NCBI RefSeq assembly: GCF_018350175.1
Contig: NC_058378.1
Location: forward strand, 74,462,001-74,526,000
Direction: 5' to 3'
From: Felis catus
Lineage: Eukaryota
Length of the DNA: 64,000 bases
Positions 61,938-64,000 of the stretch are shown here, piece after piece; position 1 is the first letter of the stretch; each line of letters starts with the position of its first letter. Below the pieces are notes generated by a model. The model ran no database searches, was not told the origin of the DNA, and saw only the letters and a list, made by a program, of their open reading frames with translations. The position numbers were made by a program, and so were the translations under genes.

Positions 61938-62163
61938 GGGGCGCCTGGGTGGCTCAGTTGGTTAAGTGTCCAACTTCCAACTTCGGCTCAGGTCATGATC
62001 TCACAGTGAGTGAGTTCGAGTCCCGCGTTGGGATCTGTGCTGACAGCTCAGAGCCTGGAACCTGCTTCGGATGCTGTGTCTCCCTGTCTCTCTGCCCTTC
62101 TCCTGCTTGCACTCTGTGTCTCCCTCTCTCTAAATAAATAAATAAACAACAACAACAACAGCA
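61938..62163 (+). mobile_element. CAN-SINE with 11-bp TSD and (CAA)n tail
   Basis: TSD aaacttcaaga at 61927-61937 and 62164-62174. Internal microduplication ccaacttccaactt. Confidence 0.93.
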
Positions 62164-63899
62164 AAACTTCAAGAAATAAAATATATGGTGGTTGTGAATT
62201 TAAAGATCTTGGTGGCTATGTTCTCAGATGGTATTAGTTTTGTTCATACTAGGCTATCTTTGTGATTGCTGGGAACTTTCCAGAAAATGTAGTATTTAGG
62301 AATTTCAGTAGGTCTTATCTATTTTCTCATGAAAGAGCAGATTATGGTTATTTCTTCAGGCATGTATGTTACATCCTTCTAAAAATAAACTACAGAATTT
62401 CCTGTTATGTAAAACATATATATTAAAAAGGGAGAAAAATCCTTTTTCCAGCTAACATTTTTCTGCTCAAACTTGTATTTTTTCCTAGGCATGCATTCCT
62501 TTATTTATATACTAATTAATTCCCCCAAAAAGACAGTTTACCATCGAACTATGCTCTTCTTTAGCAATAGTTAAATCTCTAGTTTATGAAAACCAGAACT
62601 TATATAATCAGGCAAGAATATGTAACAAACCAGAAAGACTGATGTGAGTTAGAGTTTGGAACTAGTTTTGGAGATAGTTTTATCAGAACATCTAGAGCAG
62701 ATTTTAGCACAAGACTCTAACTCCCGTTTTGTGAACGGAGAGGCACTCCACGTGTCATTAATTTTCCTGAAAGACATTTCTTGCCCTAAAATTTATTTCT
62801 CTACCTCTCCGCTTTTTCCAACAGGTTCAAGATGCTGACTTTGTCAATAGTGTGGGGTCTGAGAATCTGCCTTATAAGAGAGCACCCTGGACATTTCTAA
62901 ACCAGGCTGCAGAGAGACAGGCGCTCCCCAAGGGAAATAGTCTCCTAACTCTTCTCAAAAAAAAAAAAAAAAAAAAAGTAAAATAAAAACAAAACTTTTC
63001 AATGTCACTGAGTTGTGAATGATTTTTTCTGTTAAAAGAAGAAAAGCGCTATAATCGAGCACCCGAAAAGTGCCTACATAGTAGTTTATACACAGACAAA
63101 GCAGCTGGTTGAAAATCAACACTTCAGATCTTTCGTCTACATAGAGCCAAAATGCCAGTTCGCTTTACTGATGTCTTCGATGATTTGACTTTTTCCTACA
63201 AGGTTTACTGAGCTAACAAACTAGACACAGATTTATATATATGGTGGAAAGATTCTCCTGAAAGTGGGCACCGTTACATTAGATGACACAGTCCCGTGGT
63301 AGACCAGAAGGTCGCGTTATACGGAGAGGCTGCTTGAATTGGTCCTTCGAGATCCTGATGCATCATTTACACCTACAAAAAGTTGTATGCATCTGAACAT
63401 CAGACGCAGACTTTCTTGCCACTTTGGAGAATTGCTTTAAAATGTTCTCAGTAATTGCTATTTTGTAATATTTTTTTCCAGAGTACGCTGTAAAATCCTT
63501 CAGAAAGAGGTAAGGTGATGGGATGCGTCTGCTCCAGGTGCCTGGCCCTCAGGCCCTTTGGGCTGCCCCCTGACCAGAGCCTCAGGGTCGAGACCCACAG
63601 TAGTGCTGGTACCCGGTAGGGAAGAGGAAGTGTCTTCAGACCCGGCTCCCTCATACACTTCTTGGACTCAGCTCATCGTCCTTTTGTCCTGTCTCTTAGG
63701 GACTTGGTCACCTAGTTCCATCCACTTCGCCTCTGACTTAGAAATCCCGAGAATGTGATTTCAGGACATTTGTGGTTTCAGACATCCTTGTCTGTCACCT
63801 TGACCACTCAGGTCACTGTAGCCTGTTCCCAGAAAAGCCATTTGGGCACCGTGGGATATTAACACGCATGACAACAATGATGACGGTGACGATGCTAGC

Positions 63900-64000
63900 A
63901 TCAGCAACAATAGGGAGGTAGAAATAGCTCACAGCATGTTTACGGTGTGTCTGATGCGTGCGTAATACACACATGTATATTACCTCATTTAATTCTTACA
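63900..64000 (-). mobile_element. MIR remnant (runs off the window)
   Basis: atagctcacagcatgtttacggtgtgtctg...tattacctcatttaattcttaca. Confidence 0.5.

Noticed and set aside
13993-62163. tRNA-like A/B-box sequences (TGGCTCAGTCGG...GTTCGAGCCC)
   Set aside because: They are the tRNA-derived heads of CAN-SINEs, not tRNA genes.

Overview
Mammalian genomic DNA from a felid (cat family), judged from about 18 tRNA-derived CAN-SINEs of the felid SINEC_Fc type and a carnivore-type L1 3' end. The left ~12.5 kb holds the 5' half of RAB11FIP2 (Rab11 family-interacting protein 2) on the minus strand: coding exon 1 (C2 domain, ATG at 11683), exon 2 (5184-5626) and exon 3 (3987 to ~4455, mostly N-masked). 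The Rab11-binding C-terminal exons lie beyond the left edge. A CpG-island promoter (~11.8-12.9 kb) carries ETS/GABPA and Sp1 motifs. In human this promoter is shared head-to-head with the lncRNA CASC2, so the other ~51 kb is probably the CASC2-syntenic non-coding region near EMX2. That region holds SINEs, L1/L2/MIR/CR1 remnants, MaLR/ERVL pieces, microsatellites and a few repeat-free, homeobox-motif-rich candidate enhancers. I found no other credible protein-coding gene and no evidence of a new biological system. The best leads are regulatory: two uORFs and a G-quadruplex in the presumed 5'UTR, an antisense splice donor, a tandem NBRE pair, and MEIS/PBX-HOX enhancer candidates. There are also small retrotransposon and duplication oddities, and a technical signature in the N-runs (exact-length masking in multiples of 4). 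Repeat family names and human comparisons are from recall, not from database searches.
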